Under the pieces are notes generated by a model. That model had not been told where the DNA came from, made no database searches, and saw nothing but the letters and a program-made list of their open reading frames with translations. Below are positions 1 through 9,420 of a stretch of 64,000 nt of DNA, piece after piece. The stretch comes from an uncultured Actinomycetes bacterium. GTDB taxonomy: Bacteria; Actinomycetota; UBA4738; HRBIN12. The stretch covers positions 2,915,061 through 2,979,060 of the forward strand of contig OY969099.1 of assembly GCA_963697875.1 (NCBI GenBank), in the 5' to 3' direction. The position numbers were made by a program, and so were the translations under genes. The stretch's first letter is position 1, and each line of letters opens with the position of its first letter.

Positions 1-2
1 CC

Positions 3-1694
3 TGGGTGTGGATGCGCGACGTCGGCCACGCGGTCAAGGAGGCGGGTGGCCGCGTCGTCGCGGTCCGGGGCCTCATGACCCCGATCGCCGGGCGCACGCC
101 GACCGACGCCGAGGTGGTCGAGTCGGAACGACGGTTCCGCCGGGTGGTCGAGCATCTGCCCGCGATCGTCTACATGGAGTCGGTCGCACGCGACGCGTCG
201 AGCCTGCAGGAGATGCTCTACGTGAGCCCACAACTGGAGGAGATCCTCGGGTTCACGCCGCAGGAGTGGGTGGCCGACCCGGCCGCGTGGATGCAGCGGT
301 TCCATCCCGACGACCGCGAGCGAGTGCGCGCCGAGTACGCGCGCGTGGAGCGCACGGGCGAGCCCTTCGACGCCGAGTACCGGATGTACGCGCGCGACGG
401 CCGGCTCCTCTGGTTCCACGACGAGGCCGTGCTGGTCCGCGACGCGCGCGGCGAGCCCCTCTACTGGCAGGGCGTCATGTACGACATCACCGCCGAGCGC
501 GTGAACGAGCAGCGCGCGCGTGCCAGCGAGGACCGGTACCGGGCGCTCGTGGACCAGCTGCCCGCGATCGTCTACCAGGAGGAGGCCTCAGGAACGGGAG
601 CGAACCTCACCTACATCAGCCCGCAGGTGACGGACGTGCTCGGCTATCCGCCCGAGGAGTTCTCGGCGGACCCCGCTCTGTGGACGCGGGTGGTGCACCC
701 CGACGATCGGTCCCGGGTGGCCGAGGAGCGGTCGCTCGGCGAGCCGCATTCCTCGGTCTACCGGCTGATCGCCAGGGACGGGCACACCGTGTGGGTGCAC
801 GATCTGGCCCGGCTGATCCTCGGCGACGACGGCCGGCCTCGCTTCTGGCAGGGCGTGCTGCTCGACGTCACGCAGGAGCGCCGCAGCCAGGAGCTCGAGC
901 GGGACCTCGAGCGCGAGCGCGAGGAGGGCGAGCGTCTGCGCGCCGAGGACCGGATGAAGACGACGTTCCTGCAAGTCGTCGCGCACGACCTGCGAACCCC
1001 GCTGGCCGCGATCCTCGGCCTCGCGGTGACGATGGAGCGCGACGACCTCGAGCTGACCGAGGACGAGGACCGCGAGATGGCGCGACGCATCGCCCAGAAC
1101 GCGCGCAAGCTCGACGGCATCGTCGCCGACTTCCTCGACCTGGAGCGGCTGACGCGCGGCTCGGCGACTCCGCACCTGGAGCCGATCGACCTCGGGACGA
1201 TCGTGCGAGATCTGGTCGCCGGCTCCGAGAGCGTGGCCGAGCGCACCATGATCGTTGACGTCGCACCGCTCACGATCCGCGCCGACGTCGCGATGGTCGA
1301 GCGCATCGTCGAGAACCTGCTCAACAACGCGGTCAAGCACACCCCCCGCGACGCGAAGATCTGGATCCGGCTCGAACGGGCCGGTGACGCCTTGCTGATC
1401 GTGGAGGACGACGGGCCGGGCATCCCCGAGGACGAGCGCGCGAGGATCTTCGAGCCCTTCCGCCAGGGGACGGGCGCCGCCTCGGGATCGGGCGTGGGAC
1501 TCGCGCTCGTGGCGGCGTTCGCCGAGCTCCACGCTGGACGCGCGTGGGTCGAGGAGCGGGCCGGTGGCGGCGCCTCGTTCCGGGTCCGGCTCGCGATCGA
1601 TCCGGACCGCGCGCCGGTGGTACTCCCCGACGTGGAGATCGTGGATCAGGAGACCGGGGCGGGCTCCTCCTCGGCCGACTCGAGCCAGGCGTAG
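3..1694 (+). CDS. PAS-PAS sensor histidine kinase; the reading frame is open to the left window edge, so the 5' end is probably missing
   Basis: There are two PAS-like repeats (LPAIVY..E, FHPDDR / VHPDDR). The H-box is VAHDLRTPLAAILG. The HATPase boxes are NLLNNAVKHTP, EDDGPGIP and GSGVGLALV. No response regulator gene lies next to it. Confidence 0.9.
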   Translation, partial: WVWMRDVGHAVKEAGGRVVAVRGLMTPIAGRTPTDAEVVESERRFRRVVEHLPAIVYMESVARDASSLQEMLYVSPQLEEILGFTPQEWVADPAAWMQRFHPDDRERVRAEYARVERTGEPFDAEYRMYARDGRLLWFHDEAVLVRDARGEPLYWQGVMYDITAERVNEQRARASEDRYRALVDQLPAIVYQEEASGTGANLTYISPQVTDVLGYPPEEFSADPALWTRVVHPDDRSRVAEERSLGEPHSSVYRLIARDGHTVWVHDLARLILGDDGRPRFWQGVLLDVTQERRSQELERDLEREREEGERLRAEDRMKTTFLQVVAHDLRTPLAAILGLAVTMERDDLELTEDEDREMARRIAQNARKLDGIVADFLDLERLTRGSATPHLEPIDLGTIVRDLVAGSESVAERTMIVDVAPLTIRADVAMVERIVENLLNNAVKHTPRDAKIWIRLERAGDALLIVEDDGPGIPEDERARIFEPFRQGTGAASGSGVGLALVAAFAELHAGRAWVEERAGGGASFRVRLAIDPDRAPVVLPDVEIVDQETGAGSSSADSSQA

Positions 1695-3958
1695 GCCTCC
1701 TCCTCCTGCGCGAAGTGCAGGCGCAGGATCGCGTGCAACCCGTAGAGGATGCGCCGCAGGTCCAGCAGGTCGTCGGGCGACGGCCCCTCCGCGGGCAGGT
1801 CGTCGAGCAGCTGCTGGTAGACGCGCGCCAGGTGGTCGATCTCGACGTGCGCGCGCGCCATGCTCGACATCGGATCCTCGCCGCCCAGGAGCCCGGCCAC
1901 GACTGGGTAGACCGCCGACTCCTCTTCCTCTTCGTGTTGCGGCAGCCGCTCGACGATGAACCCGCGGACCGCCTCGAGAGCGTCACGGGTCTCCTCCGCC
2001 GACAGGGTGCCGAGTCGGTCGGCGGTGGCTCGGACCCGCTGGAGCTCGGGCGCGAACTCACGGTGCTCGGCCCGGAACCGGTCTGCCACGTGGGACCCGG
2101 GTCCCGACGGGCGTCGCTCGAGGCCACCGCTCAGCGCACGGAGCGCGTTCAGGATCGCCGCGACGTCGATCAGCTCCTGGACGAGCGCGCCGCCGACCGG
2201 GCGCAGGAGACCGAAGGCCGCCACGAGCATGAAGGCGAGCGCGAGGCCCATCCCCCCCAGGACGCTCTGCAACGCCACCGACCGGGTGCGCTTCGCGATC
2301 AGGAGCGCGTCGACGAGGCGGTCGAGGCGGTCGACGACCAGGACCACGTCGGCGGCCTCCGACGACGCCGTCGCACCCCTGGCGCCCATCGCCACGCCGA
2401 CGTCGGCCACGGCCAGGGCCGGAGCGTCGTTCAGACCGTCGCCGACCATCACGACGACGCCTTCATCTCGTTCGGCGCGGACGGCGTCGACCTTCTCGCC
2501 GGGCGCGCGCTCCGACAGGATCCGGTCCACGCCGAGCGCCGCCCCGACCGACTCGGCCACGTCGGGGTGGTCGCCGGTCACCATCACCACGCGGGTGATT
2601 CCGGCTCGCCGCAGGGACCGGATCACGCGGGGCGTGTCGGGACGGATCGGGTCGTCGATCACGATCGCCCCGGCGATCTCGCCGTCGACCGAGACGAACA
2701 CACAGGACGAGCCGTCCAGCATCGTCCGGCGGCGCACGTCGCGGGCCCGGCGCGGGAGGGGGGCTCCGCCGGTCAGGAACGCGCTCGTGCCGAGGGCGAC
2801 CATGCGCTCCCCGACCCTGCCCTCGATACCGGACCCGTAGCGCTCATGGGCGTCCACGGGGAACGTCAGCTCGAGCCCCCGCGACCGGGCGGCACGCACG
2901 ATTGACGCGGCGAGCACGTGCGGAGACACCTGGTCGAGCGAGGCCGCCAGGTGAAGCAGGTCGTTGCCGTCGACGACGCCGAACGGTTCGACGTCGGCCA
3001 CCTCCGGCACCCCCGAGGTCAGCGTCCCTGTCTTGTCGAACAGCAGCGTCTGCCCGCGCGCGAGCGTCTCGAGCGCGCCGCCTCCCTTGACGATGATGCC
3101 CCGCTTCGCCGAGCGCGAGATACCCGCCACGATCGCGATCGGCACGGCCAGGATCAGCGGGCACGGTGTCGCGACCACGACGACCGCGAGCGCGCGCACC
3201 GCGTCGCCGGAGAGCGCCCACGCCGAGCCCGCGATCACCGCCGTGACGCCGACGAAGGCGAGCGCGTACCGGTCGGCCAGGCGGACGAACGGGGCCTTCT
3301 GCCGTTCGGCTTCCTCCACGAGCCGCACGATCCCCGCATATGTGCTGTCGGCGGCGGTCGTCGTGGCGTGCAGGTCGAACGCGGGGCCCGCGTTCACGGC
3401 ACCGGAACGCACGAGATCGCCGCCCGTGCGCTCCACCGGGCGCGACTCACCGGTGAGCGCCGACTCGTCCAACACTGCGTGACTCTCGAGCACGCCGTCG
3501 ACCGGGACGACCTCGCCGGTCTTCACGAAGAGGCGATCGCCGGTGACGACCTCGTCGATGTCACGAGGCTGGATGTCCCCGTCCTCGTACCGGTGGACGG
3601 TCCGGGGCGCACGCGCCAGCAGGTCCGAGAGCTCGCGGTGTGCGCGCCGGTCCGCGTAGGCCTCCAACGACTGGCCTGTCGCGAGCATCAGCGCGATCAC
3701 CGCACCGGCCAAGTACTCGTGCAGCGCCAGCGATCCCACGATCGCGACCAACGCGATCAGGTCGACGCCCGGTTCGCGTCGCCTGATGCTGCCGATCACG
3801 TCGAGCAGGAGCGGCACGCCGCCGACCGCCGTCGTGATGCCCCACGCCAGGTGGGCGAGATCCTCCGCGCCCGCCACCGACGCTGCCGCTCCCGTGAGGA
3901 TCCCGACGACGGAGAAAGCGAGCCACGACCGGTGGAGGTCGAACCGTCGTTCGTTCAC
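1646..3958 (-). CDS. P1B-5-like heavy-metal P-type ATPase with a fused C-terminal hemerythrin-like domain
   Basis: P-type motifs DKTGTLT, VTGDHPD and GDGLNDAPALA are present. The transmembrane signatures are ATPCPLILAVP (TPCP) and QELIDVAAILNA (QExxD). The C-terminal ~140 aa are rich in H/E pairs (AEHREF, QHEEEEE, AHVEIDH, LHAILRLHFAQEEE). I place the start at GTG 3958, preceded by GGAGG, not at the ORF-track ATG at 4327. Confidence 0.85.
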   Translation of the reverse strand: MNERRFDLHRSWLAFSVVGILTGAAASVAGAEDLAHLAWGITTAVGGVPLLLDVIGSIRRREPGVDLIALVAIVGSLALHEYLAGAVIALMLATGQSLEAYADRRAHRELSDLLARAPRTVHRYEDGDIQPRDIDEVVTGDRLFVKTGEVVPVDGVLESHAVLDESALTGESRPVERTGGDLVRSGAVNAGPAFDLHATTTAADSTYAGIVRLVEEAERQKAPFVRLADRYALAFVGVTAVIAGSAWALSGDAVRALAVVVVATPCPLILAVPIAIVAGISRSAKRGIIVKGGGALETLARGQTLLFDKTGTLTSGVPEVADVEPFGVVDGNDLLHLAASLDQVSPHVLAASIVRAARSRGLELTFPVDAHERYGSGIEGRVGERMVALGTSAFLTGGAPLPRRARDVRRRTMLDGSSCVFVSVDGEIAGAIVIDDPIRPDTPRVIRSLRRAGITRVVMVTGDHPDVAESVGAALGVDRILSERAPGEKVDAVRAERDEGVVVMVGDGLNDAPALAVADVGVAMGARGATASSEAADVVLVVDRLDRLVDALLIAKRTRSVALQSVLGGMGLALAFMLVAAFGLLRPVGGALVQELIDVAAILNALRALSGGLERRPSGPGSHVADRFRAEHREFAPELQRVRATADRLGTLSAEETRDALEAVRGFIVERLPQHEEEEESAVYPVVAGLLGGEDPMSSMARAHVEIDHLARVYQQLLDDLPAEGPSPDDLLDLRRILYGLHAILRLHFAQEEEAYAWLESAEEEPAPVS

Positions 3959-4157
3959 GCCGACCTCCGCGATTCCGCTTCGAGGTGCAACGACGTCAAA
4001 CGTATCAGTCGCCGGTTCGCGCGCGTGTTGGGGAGCCGATGAAGTCGACGAACCCGGGTAGTGACAAATCCTGTTTCCGGGGTATGCGCGGCGCTGGAGC
4101 GCATCCCGATACCACTGAGGAGTCCATAGAAGCCAGTCTAGGAACGAGGAGGATCCG

Positions 4158-4634
4158 ATGCAGCATCGGAAGCTCGGCCGGAAGGCCCTGATCGTGATGG
4201 TGGTGGTGGGCGGGCTGCTGGGGGGCAGCGTCGCCCTCGCCGCGTGGGTGGCGACCGGCACCGGCAACGGGTACGCGAAGGCCGGGTCCGCCAGCGCGCT
4301 CTCGACCGTCGACGCCTCCGGCGCCACGACCGCACAGCTCTACCCGGGCGCGACCGGCGACGTGGTCATCGAGGTCCACAACCCCAACCCCTACCCGGTG
4401 CGCCTGACGGCGATCGACGGCACCGGCGCGATCACGTCGGACAAGGGCGCAGCGTGCAACGCCTCCACCGGCGTGACCTTCACGGACCAGACCGGCACCT
4501 GGGACGTGGCTGCCGGCAGCGACCAGCAGTTCACGCTGACGGGCGCGGTCTCGATGACCAACAGCTCCGACACGAGCTGCCAGGGTGCCCTGTTCACGAT
4601 CCCGGTCAGCCTGACCGGGGCCAGCAACGCCTGA
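4158..4634 (+). CDS. small secreted or membrane-anchored protein of unknown function, with an N-terminal hydrophobic segment ending in LAAWV
   Basis: A GAGGAGG ribosome-binding site precedes ATG 4158. The N-terminus is KALIVMVVVGGLLGGSVALAAWVATGTGNG. The rest looks beta-rich and Ig-like and contains two Cys. Confidence 0.75.
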   Translation: MQHRKLGRKALIVMVVVGGLLGGSVALAAWVATGTGNGYAKAGSASALSTVDASGATTAQLYPGATGDVVIEVHNPNPYPVRLTAIDGTGAITSDKGAACNASTGVTFTDQTGTWDVAAGSDQQFTLTGAVSMTNSSDTSCQGALFTIPVSLTGASNA

Positions 4635-4711
4635 TCCCCAGCGAACCACGCGGCGCGTGGGCGGAGGCAGAGCCTCCGCCCCTCGTCGCATCGGGAGGCG
4701 GTGAGGAGAGC

Positions 4712-6232
4712 GTGCGCGGTGAAAGCGTGAGGCGTCTTCGCATCGTGGGCGTCGTCGTGGTAGCGATCGTCGTCGTGCCCGGCGTCGCACTCGCGGCATG
4801 GGTCGGCGCGGATCCGGGGTCGGGGTTCGCACGAGCGACCATCGCGCCTGCGGGCTCGATCCCGTCGGTGTCGGTGCTCGGGCGAAGCGTCTCGGTCTCG
4901 TGGACGGCCAGCACGTTCTCCGATGGGGGCTCGGTGAGCGGGTACACGGTCGCCCGGTACGACGCGGTCTGGGGCCTCGTGCAGACGGTCCATGCCGCAT
5001 GCGCCGGTACGATCTCCGCCCTCAGCTGTACGGAGGACGCCGTGCCCCCTGGATCGTGGAGGTACTCGGTCACGCCCCGGAAAGGACGATGGATCGGGGT
5101 CGAGAGCGGGCTGAGCCCCGCCGTCACCGTCGGAGCCCCAACCTTCACGCTCTCGCCGTCGACCATCACGTCGCTCCCGGCGACACGCCCCGGTTCGCTG
5201 ACGAACTACGCCTCGGGCGAAACCGTCGCGTATCACCTCGACGGCTCGGGTGGTCCGGTGCTCACGGGGTCCACCACGCCCTCGCCTTTGCCGGCGAGCG
5301 GCGCCGCCTCCGCGTCCGTCACCATCCCGACTGGGACGCCGGACGGCGTGCATACCCTGTATGCGGTGGGCTCCGGCGGCTCGTCGGCCACGGCCACGGT
5401 CACGATCGACACCACTGCACCGGCGGTTGCCGCCGCCTCGATCCAGAAGGCCGCCGGGGGTGCCGGTGGAAGGATCAAGCAAGGTGGTTCGTACTTCGTC
5501 TACGCGCAGGTTTCCGACGCGCCGGCCGGCGTCACGAGCGTCACGGCGAACGCGAGCGCCGTCACGACCGGGGCGACGGCGGTCCCTCTGTCGTTCGGCT
5601 CGTGGACCGTGGACGGCGTCGTCTTCGACTACCGGAGCCCGGTCCGGACGGCCGACGCGGTCCTCGCCGAGGGCTCGAAGTCGTTCAGCGTGACGGCGAC
5701 GGACACCGTCGGAAACGCAGGGACGGTAACGGGCTTCTCCGTGACCGTCGACAACACGCCGCCGGGAGGTGCCGACGTTCAGACAGCGAACGTCGCGGGC
5801 GGGACGGACGGGCGGGCGGAGACGGGCGACACCGCGACCTTCTCCTTCTCCGAGGCCATCGACCCGGCGTCTGTCCTGGCCGGGTGGAACGGGGCGCCGA
5901 CATCGGTGACGGTGCGCATCATCCAGCAGAACGGGGGTGACCTCCTGCAGGTCTGGGACGGCGCCAACGCCACGCAACTCCCCCTCGGCGAGGTCGACCT
6001 CGGCGGCAGCAACTATGTGCAGACCACGTCGACCTTCACCGGATCGAGCATGACGATGTCGGGCACCACCGTGATCGTCACCCTGGGCACGCTTTCGTCC
6101 GGTACCGTGAAGATGTCCCACAACGCCGCCGGCATGAGCTGGACCCCCTCCGCGGCCGCAACCGACCTCGCCGGAAACGTCTGCCTGGTCACGCCCGCGG
6201 CGGAGTCGGGCGCGTCCGACGTCGAGTTCTGA
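4712..6232 (+). CDS. large secreted Ig-like / fibronectin-like repeat protein with the same LAAWV-type N-terminus
   Basis: The real start lies inside ORF 4244..6232, at GTG 4712 or GTG 4727. The N-terminus is RRLRIVGVVVVAIVVVPGVALAAWVGADPGSG. TIDTTAPAV and TVDNTPPGG are typical boundaries of bacterial Ig-like domains. Confidence 0.7.
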   Translation: MRGESVRRLRIVGVVVVAIVVVPGVALAAWVGADPGSGFARATIAPAGSIPSVSVLGRSVSVSWTASTFSDGGSVSGYTVARYDAVWGLVQTVHAACAGTISALSCTEDAVPPGSWRYSVTPRKGRWIGVESGLSPAVTVGAPTFTLSPSTITSLPATRPGSLTNYASGETVAYHLDGSGGPVLTGSTTPSPLPASGAASASVTIPTGTPDGVHTLYAVGSGGSSATATVTIDTTAPAVAAASIQKAAGGAGGRIKQGGSYFVYAQVSDAPAGVTSVTANASAVTTGATAVPLSFGSWTVDGVVFDYRSPVRTADAVLAEGSKSFSVTATDTVGNAGTVTGFSVTVDNTPPGGADVQTANVAGGTDGRAETGDTATFSFSEAIDPASVLAGWNGAPTSVTVRIIQQNGGDLLQVWDGANATQLPLGEVDLGGSNYVQTTSTFTGSSMTMSGTTVIVTLGTLSSGTVKMSHNAAGMSWTPSAAATDLAGNVCLVTPAAESGASDVEF

Positions 6233-6284
6233 TCGACGGCGACCAAGGGTCTCGCCGCGCCTCCGACTACCATGCTGCAGACGC

Positions 6285-7322
6285 ATGGGTGCTCGCCCCC
6301 GCCGCAGGCTCTCCCGATCATCCGCCCGCTCGGTATGGGCGTGCGCCGTTCTGCTGCTGTCGGCGTGTGATCACTACGCCGCCGCAGGACCGCCCGGCCA
6401 GACCCCCGCGCTGAGCCCCGCACCGCCCACCGCCCACGCGCGTCCGACCGCGTGCACGCTGGTCTCCACGACCGACGTGTCGGCGGTCGTGGAGACGCTG
6501 CGGCGGGCGGACGGTTCCTGTGTGCCCGCGTCAGAGGCCGTCGTCTACCGTTGCGATCCCGCGTTCGATCCGGTGGCGGAGGTCGGGACGCCCACGGGTA
6601 TCCGGCGGTTCCTCGGTGGTGCCTACGCGGTCCCCGTCGACGCCCTACCGTTCGACGCCTCTGAGGTCGGCGTCACAGGGATGGGCCGGCTCTGGATGGG
6701 ATCCGGCGACGCGAGCTCCCTCTTCGTCGAGTCGGGGGGGCGCATCGAACGCTGGGTTCGTCTGCCGGACGCAGCGGCCATCTCGCATCCACCGAGCATC
6801 TTCCTGATCGGAGATTCGATCCTCGACGGCGCGCGGACCCCGGTCACCGACGCCCTGGCCGACTGGAACCCGACGATCGACGCCGAGATCGGGCGCCCGT
6901 CCTCGGGTGGGGTGACCGTCGCGGAGTCCCTGCAGCCACCGCTCCCCGACGTCGTCGTGGTCGAGCTCGGCGTCAACGATCAGGACGCGCAGGCGTTCCT
7001 CGAGAACGCGCAACGCATCGTGAGCGCGCTCAACGGGACCAACCTCCTGGTGTGGGTCACGGCCCACGGGCCCGGCAGCACGACGTCGCAGGTGAACCGC
7101 CACATCCTCGAGGTCGTGGGGCCCGAACCGGTCGGGACGATCGCGGACTGGGACGAGCAGGTGCCGTTGGACGAGCTGTCCTCCGACGGGGTACATCTCC
7201 TGGCCGACCACGAGGGCGCCTTCGCGGACTTCCTCGCGCCCGTCCTGCGGACGTGGCTCGACGCCGTCGAGGGGCGTGGTCCGACCGGGTGCCAGGATCG
7301 GGTCCGCGCAGCGATCCGGTGA
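6285..7322 (+). CDS. SGNH/GDSL-family hydrolase lipoprotein
   Basis: The lipobox is LLLSAC. The SGNH blocks are FLIGDSILDG, ELGVNDQ and DGVHLL. Confidence 0.8.
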   Translation: MGARPRRRLSRSSARSVWACAVLLLSACDHYAAAGPPGQTPALSPAPPTAHARPTACTLVSTTDVSAVVETLRRADGSCVPASEAVVYRCDPAFDPVAEVGTPTGIRRFLGGAYAVPVDALPFDASEVGVTGMGRLWMGSGDASSLFVESGGRIERWVRLPDAAAISHPPSIFLIGDSILDGARTPVTDALADWNPTIDAEIGRPSSGGVTVAESLQPPLPDVVVVELGVNDQDAQAFLENAQRIVSALNGTNLLVWVTAHGPGSTTSQVNRHILEVVGPEPVGTIADWDEQVPLDELSSDGVHLLADHEGAFADFLAPVLRTWLDAVEGRGPTGCQDRVRAAIR

Positions 7323-7329
7323 GAGCCTC

Positions 7330-8139
7330 GTGATCCCGATCCGCGACATCAACCCCACGCGACGCTTCGCGTGGGTCACGCTCGCGATCATCGCCGTCAA
7401 CCTCGCCGCCTTCCTGTTCTGGCAGCCCACGTTCCAGAGCCAGCAGCGCCAGCAGACCTTCTTCTTCTGCCACGCCGAGATCCCGTACGAGGTCGCAAAC
7501 CAGACGAACCTCGCGCAGGGTGGACCCGACGCTCGCCGTGCGATCGAAGCCGGCTTCGGCGTCGGCCAGCAGGAGGCGGCGAGCCTTCAAGCGTTCCTGG
7601 CCCAGCGCTGCCCGAACAAGAGCTGGCTGGCGTCGGTGTTCGAGGCGATGTTCATGCACGAGGGGTGGCTGCACATCGGCGGAAACATGCTGTTCCTGTG
7701 GGTCTTCGGCAACAACGTGGAGGATCGGCTCGGACGGTTCACCTTCATCGTGTTCTACCTGCTCGGTGGGCTCGCGGCGGCTGGGCTCCAGCTCGCGTTC
7801 GGCCCGGCGTCCGTGGTCCCGAACCTCGGCGCCTCCGGCGCGATCGCCGCGGTCCTGGGCGCGTACCTCGTGCTGTTCCCCGGCGCTCGCGTCTACACGT
7901 TGGTGTTCTTCTTCTTCATCACCTTCGTGGAGCTTCCCGCCGTCTTCGTGCTCGCCGTGTGGTTCCTGCTGCAGCTCGTGAGCGGGATCGGCGGGCTGGG
8001 GACGAACGTGAACGGCGGGGTCGCCTACTGGGCGCATGTCGGCGGGTTCGGGTTCGGCGTGTTGGTGACCTGGCTCTTCTTCCGCGGCCGCGGATGGCGT
8101 CGGCCGCAGGCCGTGGCGCCGCGCCCCGACGTCTACTGA
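7330..8139 (+). CDS. rhomboid-family intramembrane serine protease
   Basis: Motifs are HEGWLHIGGNMLFLWVFG, GASGAIAAVLGAY (catalytic Ser) and HVGGFGFG (catalytic His). I prefer the GTG 7330 start because ATG 7276 would overlap the upstream gene. Confidence 0.9.
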   Translation: MIPIRDINPTRRFAWVTLAIIAVNLAAFLFWQPTFQSQQRQQTFFFCHAEIPYEVANQTNLAQGGPDARRAIEAGFGVGQQEAASLQAFLAQRCPNKSWLASVFEAMFMHEGWLHIGGNMLFLWVFGNNVEDRLGRFTFIVFYLLGGLAAAGLQLAFGPASVVPNLGASGAIAAVLGAYLVLFPGARVYTLVFFFFITFVELPAVFVLAVWFLLQLVSGIGGLGTNVNGGVAYWAHVGGFGFGVLVTWLFFRGRGWRRPQAVAPRPDVY

Positions 8140-8603
8140 CGCTCGGCGAGCAGGTCGGCCAGCCGATCGACGAACGCACCCTGCCCGCGCACCAGCTTGC
8201 GCCGCGCCTCATCCAGCGCGAACCATCCCGCTCGATCGACCTCCGGGAACTCCCGTTCGCGGCCGGAGCGAGGCGGCCACTCCATCGTGAACGTGTTGCT
8301 CCGCGCCTCGCCGGCGTCGAGGTCGCCGCGCACCGCCCAGGCGCTCACGCTCTTGCCGCTCGTCTGCCGGACCTCCCCCAGGAACGCCGGCTCTGCCTCG
8401 GGAGGCTCGAGCCCGAGCTCCTCCCGGAACTCGCGCAGGGCCGCCGCCAGGGGATCCTCGTCGGGCTCGTACTCTCCCTTCGGCACCGACCACGCCCCCT
8501 CGTCGCGCTTCGCCCAGAAGGGCCCGCCGGGGTGTACCAGGAGCACCTCCGGCTGGTCGTTGGGGAGGCGGTACACGAGCAACCCGGCGCTCATCTTCGG
8601 CAT
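8133..8603 (-). CDS. NUDIX hydrolase
   Basis: The Nudix box is GEYEPDEDPLAAALREFREELGL. The 3' end overlaps the rhomboid gene by 7 bp in convergent orientation. Confidence 0.85.
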   Translation of the reverse strand: MPKMSAGLLVYRLPNDQPEVLLVHPGGPFWAKRDEGAWSVPKGEYEPDEDPLAAALREFREELGLEPPEAEPAFLGEVRQTSGKSVSAWAVRGDLDAGEARSNTFTMEWPPRSGREREFPEVDRAGWFALDEARRKLVRGQGAFVDRLADLLAERQ

Positions 8604-9137
8604 CCGTGCTCAGCGCTCCTTCCCGATGCTCATGGCAGACTGCCCACATGCGCGGTCTCACGTTCTACACCGCACGGGATCGCTCGACGAAGCCCGCCGC
8701 CCGGACGAGCAGGATCGCACGATGACCCGGCCCGGGCGACCGGCCTCAGTCCCCGAGCCCTGAGCACCCGCGGCTCCCGTCGACGATGTTCAGGGCAACG
8801 CGTTCGGCGAGGTGGGCGATCTGCGGACCGCACCTCATCCTTGTCGCCGTGGGATGTTTGTCGAGCAGCACGCAGGGCCTCCCTCCAACCACGAGCCCTC
8901 AGACCGGCGCCACTCCGACCGTCTCGAGCCCGGCTTCCTACCTCGAGGCAAAGGAGGTACTCGACGGCCCCAAGGTGAACCACCGATAGCGCCGTGAGCA
9001 TCCCGAGACCGTCCTGGGCCGTCTGGGGCCCAAGTGAGGATCAGGATCGAGCAGGACGTCGAGCCGGGGACACACGTCCCGGAGCCGAAGTGGGACAGAG
9101 GTGCCGGACTCGCACACCGACCTGGGGCTCTGTTGGG

Positions 9138-9211
9138 TGGGGCGGGCTGGACTCGAACCAGCGACCGACGGATTATGAGTCCGCTGCTCTGACCACCTGA
9201 GCTACCGCCCC
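9138..9211 (-). tRNA. tRNA-Met (anticodon CAT), elongator-like
   Basis: I folded the cloverleaf by hand. The acceptor stem is GGGGCGG/CCGCCCC, the D stem GCTC/GAGC and the T arm GCTGG-TTCGAGT-CCAGC. The anticodon loop is CTCATAA. It has no initiator-type GGG/CCC anticodon stem. CCA is not encoded. Confidence 0.9.
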
Positions 9212-9289
9212 GTATAGCCTGCGACCTGCGAGAACGCGACTCAATCGCCGCTCCCGATTCGGCCGCACGTACGAATCGTGTGCGAAATC

Positions 9290-9420
9290 ATGCCAGACCG
9301 CTCCCTGCCTGAGCGCGGCACCGATCGCGCGCGCAAGCTCCCGCTGGCGGCCACGGATCGCGTGCGCGTAGACCGACAACGTGAGCGACGGGAACCTTCG
9401 CCTCTTTCCCCAACGCTGGA
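9290..9420 (-). pseudogene. possible C-terminal remnant of a tyrosine recombinase / phage integrase
   Basis: The minus-strand translation reads FPSLTLSVYAHAIRGRQRELARAIGAAL. This resembles the integrase C-terminal box that carries the catalytic Tyr. No start codon or upstream integrase boxes could be recovered, and the frame runs into the tRNA. Confidence 0.3.

Noticed and set aside
8786-8989. A small plus-strand ORF with a lipobox-like LILVAVGC segment in the gap 3' of tRNA-Met.
   Set aside because: It would be only about 40 aa after the Cys. It has no ribosome-binding site and low-complexity Pro/Thr/Ser content. I cannot distinguish it from chance.
9104-9123. The sequence GCCGGACTCGCACACCGACC, which resembles part of the adjacent tRNA-Met T-arm region. 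It could be an att-site duplication.
   Set aside because: Only about 12 scattered matching bases, and an indel is needed. It lies just 15 nt from the intact tRNA, not at the far end of an island. The evidence is too weak.
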